Assembly (NCBI GenBank): GCA_035559535.1
Contig: DATMBG010000051.1
Span: 434,001 to 498,000, forward strand
Direction: 5' to 3'
Source: Candidatus Limnocylindrales bacterium
GTDB taxonomy: Bacteria; Moduliflexota; Moduliflexia; Moduliflexales; JAUQPW01
Length of the DNA: 64,000 nucleotides
The position numbers were made by a program, and so were the translations under genes. The notes beneath the pieces are model-generated. The model saw only the letters and a program-made list of their open reading frames with translations. It was not told the origin of the DNA and ran no database searches. Below, piece by piece: positions 61,018-64,000 of the stretch. Each line of letters begins with the position of its first letter. Positions within the stretch are counted from its first letter, which is position 1.

Positions 61018-61250
61018 CGGTCCTGGCCCGTTGGGTCACCACAATGCATGAAAATAGCTCAGATTGATTAAACTGCCTCAGGTACCAGAGTCTTCACGGC
61101 TATTTTCACATGAAATCGATACAGACCCTATTAAGAAACCCTACCTTGACCTCCTCTAAGCAGAAGAATAAGTTATTAAAGTAAAAGAAGATTTTCTCCT
61201 AAAGTAAAAGAAGATTTTCTCCTATAACAAGGGTAGGTCCCTGTCTCCGG

Positions 61251-62927
61251 TTGATGATTTCGAATTTTTTCTCCATGATTACAAGAAAACTGGCCATAAA
61301 GTGGAGTTTCATCCTGGCTATCTTTCTCATTGTAAGTCTCATAACGCTTTTTATATTCACTTCGACCTTCATCTGGCAAACGGCGACAGAAAGAACCCAA
61401 GAAAAGTTTGAAAAAGGATTTATACGACTGGAAGCTATGTTTGAAAGAATCCTCCAGGAAAATCTGGAGCGGGCCTTATTTCTCAGCCAGGATGAGGAAA
61501 AACTCCTTCAACCTTTACAACAAAAAAATTACCTACAACTTCAAAGGAATCTGGAAACCGAACTGAAAAAGCGGGTAGCAATTAATCTTATGCTCATAAC
61601 AGATAACGAGGGTCATCTGGTTACCCAGGTACCTGGAGACTCGATTTTCGGATTATCGGAACCTTTCAAGGATACCGACCTGATGGAATTTATAGAACAA
61701 GCCTTAAAAGGAGAGGCAGCTCGTCGGATCCTGATCTCACCGTCTGATTTTGTATTGGCCGTAGCTGTCCCGATTAAAATTGGTAATCAGATCATAGGAA
61801 CCTGTTTGATAGGAAGTCGGATTACCCCCCAGGTTATAGAAAGCTATAGTCGTATCATTGGATTAGGAATTGGCATCTACTTCCGGGGTTCCAAGGTGCT
61901 AGGTTCTTATAAAGGCCTTGCCAGTCTACCGGATTCCCTTACCTTTGATACTTTTCAAACCTTCCTTATCGATCAGGAAAAATTCGATGTGGCGTTTAAA
62001 CAGGCAATGCGTTATTCTCAGCCAGGTTCCTGGATTCTGGCAGGAATTCTTCCCTATCACGAGCGAGAAGCCATGGTGAGGAATGAACAGAAAGTACTCT
62101 TGATGCTGATAGTGGGGATCCATTTGATCCTCATAGGATTAATTTTCTTTGGTTTTCGAAGTCTGGTTCGACCTATCCTCCGCTTAACAGAGGCTTCTCG
62201 GGAGATAGCTCGGGGGAAATGGCAGGGGAGAGTACCTGAAACTTCTCGAAGGGATGAAATCGGAGAACTGGCCCGTTCTTTTGAACAAATGATCCTTCAA
62301 CGAAAACAGGTTGAAGACAGCTTGATAGAACAAACCCGGGAAATGCACCATCGGATCAAAAACAATCTTCAGATGATTAGCAGTTTATTACAACTTCAGC
62401 TACGACGTAAAAACATCCAGGATCCCGAAGCCCTTATCCGATCCACCTTGGAACGTATTCAAAATATTGCCTTAACCCATGAGTTCCTCTCCTGTAGGGA
62501 AAAGGATTCCATCCATGCCCTGGATTTGCTTGGTCGAATTGGAGAAGCCTGCCTTAAGACCCTGGTCCAATCCAATCAAACGATCGAAATCTCCGTAACA
62601 GGTCAAGACATCTTGATGAATTCGACGACCGCTCTCCCCCTGGCTTTTATCACCCATGAGTTGGTGGTTAATGCGATTAAGCATGGATTTAAAAATCGGG
62701 ATAAGGGTTTGATTCAAATACACTTGATCCCAGAAGGTAGCCGGGTTATTTTACGAATCCAGGATGATGGACAGGGTCTTCCCGAAGAAAGTCCCGCCTC
62801 CCAGGATTTCTATAACCTGGGACTACAATTGGTCCAACGATTTGTGAGCCGGGATCTAAAAGGGACTTTTCATTTAAGTAAAAACCTTTCCCAAGGAACC
62901 ACGGCGCAAATCGTATTCGAACCTTAA
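61251..62927 (+). CDS. Membrane sensor histidine kinase (Cache-like, HAMP, HisKA_2, HATPase)
   Basis: Two TMs, DEIGELARSF, EMHHRIKNNLQ, ELVVNAIKHG, DDGQG. Confidence 0.92.
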   Translation: MMISNFFSMITRKLAIKWSFILAIFLIVSLITLFIFTSTFIWQTATERTQEKFEKGFIRLEAMFERILQENLERALFLSQDEEKLLQPLQQKNYLQLQRNLETELKKRVAINLMLITDNEGHLVTQVPGDSIFGLSEPFKDTDLMEFIEQALKGEAARRILISPSDFVLAVAVPIKIGNQIIGTCLIGSRITPQVIESYSRIIGLGIGIYFRGSKVLGSYKGLASLPDSLTFDTFQTFLIDQEKFDVAFKQAMRYSQPGSWILAGILPYHEREAMVRNEQKVLLMLIVGIHLILIGLIFFGFRSLVRPILRLTEASREIARGKWQGRVPETSRRDEIGELARSFEQMILQRKQVEDSLIEQTREMHHRIKNNLQMISSLLQLQLRRKNIQDPEALIRSTLERIQNIALTHEFLSCREKDSIHALDLLGRIGEACLKTLVQSNQTIEISVTGQDILMNSTTALPLAFITHELVVNAIKHGFKNRDKGLIQIHLIPEGSRVILRIQDDGQGLPEESPASQDFYNLGLQLVQRFVSRDLKGTFHLSKNLSQGTTAQIVFEP

Positions 62928-62938
62928 GTTTATTTTCT

Positions 62939-63541
62939 ATGGCCAGAAAGGAAAATATGCCTGAACCATTACGGGTTTTGATTGCAGAAGATGATACGGT
63001 GATTGCTATGGATCTCCGAGAAGCCCTGGAATCCCTGGGGCATCGGGTAATCGGAGAGGCTTCAACGGGAGTGGAAGCCCTTCGACTGGCTCGAGAACTG
63101 AAACCGGATCTCCTTCTGTTGGATATTAAGATGCCGGAACTGGATGGAATAGAAGCTGCTACCAGAATTCTGGCAGAATATCCCCTTGCCATTATCATGC
63201 TTACGGCCTATACCGATGAGGTTTTGATCCAACGGGCAGAAAAAGCCGGGGCTTTAGCGTACTTGGTTAAACCTATCCAGGAGGAAGCTCTAAAACCAGC
63301 TATTCGCGTAGCCATGGCTCGATTCAGAGAACTTCAGGCACTCCGTACCGAGGTCAGTAACTTGAAGGAAGCCCTTGAAGCCAGAAAACTCATCGAACGC
63401 GCCAAAGGAATTTTGATGGAAAAGTTGGGTATATCCGAAGCTGAGGCTATGAAGCGGCTGCAAGAGCAGAGCCGTAACCATCGTAAGAAACTGGTCGAAA
63501 TAGCTAAGGCCATCCTCATGGCTCAAGATCTATTGGCTTAA
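62939..63541 (+). CDS. REC-ANTAR response regulator (EutV/PdtaR-like)
   Basis: AEDD, LDIKMP, KP; ARKLIERAKGILM...EAEAMKRLQ. Confidence 0.93.
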   Translation: MARKENMPEPLRVLIAEDDTVIAMDLREALESLGHRVIGEASTGVEALRLARELKPDLLLLDIKMPELDGIEAATRILAEYPLAIIMLTAYTDEVLIQRAEKAGALAYLVKPIQEEALKPAIRVAMARFRELQALRTEVSNLKEALEARKLIERAKGILMEKLGISEAEAMKRLQEQSRNHRKKLVEIAKAILMAQDLLA

Positions 63542-63837
63542 AAGGTAGAAATCCAAAAAACGAAATTCCTCAAGACCCCAATAAAAATAGAGAATTTCCC
63601 ATGATAGCGTTCTCTCCCCATTTTTCGTCTTCAAGGCGATGGCCATGGACCTTACAGGGGCAAAATTTTTAATAACAGGAAAAAGCCCAGGATAAGAGAA
63701 GAAGGAGTTTATATGCGAGAGGTAACTCTGGATGAAGAATTGACAAAGATTCTGGAATGACTATTTTATAATAACAGGAATAAAAAATTACCAGAGTATC
63801 ACAAACCCACGGTTGCTTTGTGATACCCGGCTATGGG

Positions 63838-63882
63838 AGCCTTTTGGGAGAAGTATTCTTTTCTCCAAAAGGCTTTTTTTTT
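63838..63882 (+). terminator. Intrinsic terminator in the leader of the next gene
   Basis: agccttttgggagaa...ttctccaaaaggct followed by a T-tract. Confidence 0.8.
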
Positions 63883-63946
63883 GGAACCGAGCCTGAGGTA
63901 AGAAAAATTCTTGTGCCCAGGATTTTAAGGGGGAGGGACAGAAACC

Positions 63947-64000
63947 ATGAATTCTAAAACAGTCAGGATGGTAGCAGAGAGTTTAGGAGGAATTGTTCTC
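63947..64000 (+). CDS. 5' end of an unidentified gene (MNSKTVRMVAESLGGIVL...)
   Basis: GGAGG RBS and ATG; frame open to the window edge. Confidence 0.55.
   Translation, partial: MNSKTVRMVAESLGGIVL

Noticed and set aside
1-64000. tRNA/rRNA genes; the many antisense ORFs nested in long genes
   Set aside because: No tRNA- or rRNA-like sequence was recognised by eye; the nested ORFs lack motifs and overlap well-supported genes.

Overview
Bacterial (diderm, about 43-45% GC) chromosomal window. Housekeeping and metabolic blocks: partial cofD, atl, ECF sigma/anti-sigma/Spy-ZraP-like trio, ribF-leuB-cca-2x emrB-like-xerD, cinA, ychF, ftsB-like, ureABCEF, pstSCAB-phoU, urtABCDE, pgl, and a HisKA_2 kinase/ANTAR regulator pair. 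Three non-routine loci stand out. (1) 29.0-35.9 kb: a ferrosome-like gene set (DUF5132-like protein, HMA2-like proteins, a 22-residue amphipathic-repeat protein) built around a Ca2+-type P2A ATPase rather than a P1B-6 ATPase. It also carries a MetK paralog that has lost all four canonical methionine-binding residues, lies next to pst and has Pho-box-like repeats; it is a candidate Ca/phosphate storage compartment. (2) 23.9-28.5 kb, with a second copy at 55.9-59.0 kb: a POTRA-less Omp85 barrel plus a signal-peptide-bearing atypical kinase, plus an NTT-family ATP/ADP translocase in copy 1; a candidate extracytoplasmic phosphorylation system. (3) 51.0-54.7 kb: a decayed integron missed by the ORF track (intI pseudogene, attI-like site, attC sites, an intact beta-carbonic anhydrase cassette, PIN/cupin/DUF899 relics). 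Intergenic DNA is rich in GTAG-type REP palindromes (two inside genes), a MITE with 9-bp target duplications and heptamer repeats. No rRNA, tRNA or CRISPR array was seen. All family calls come from motif recognition by eye, not database searches.
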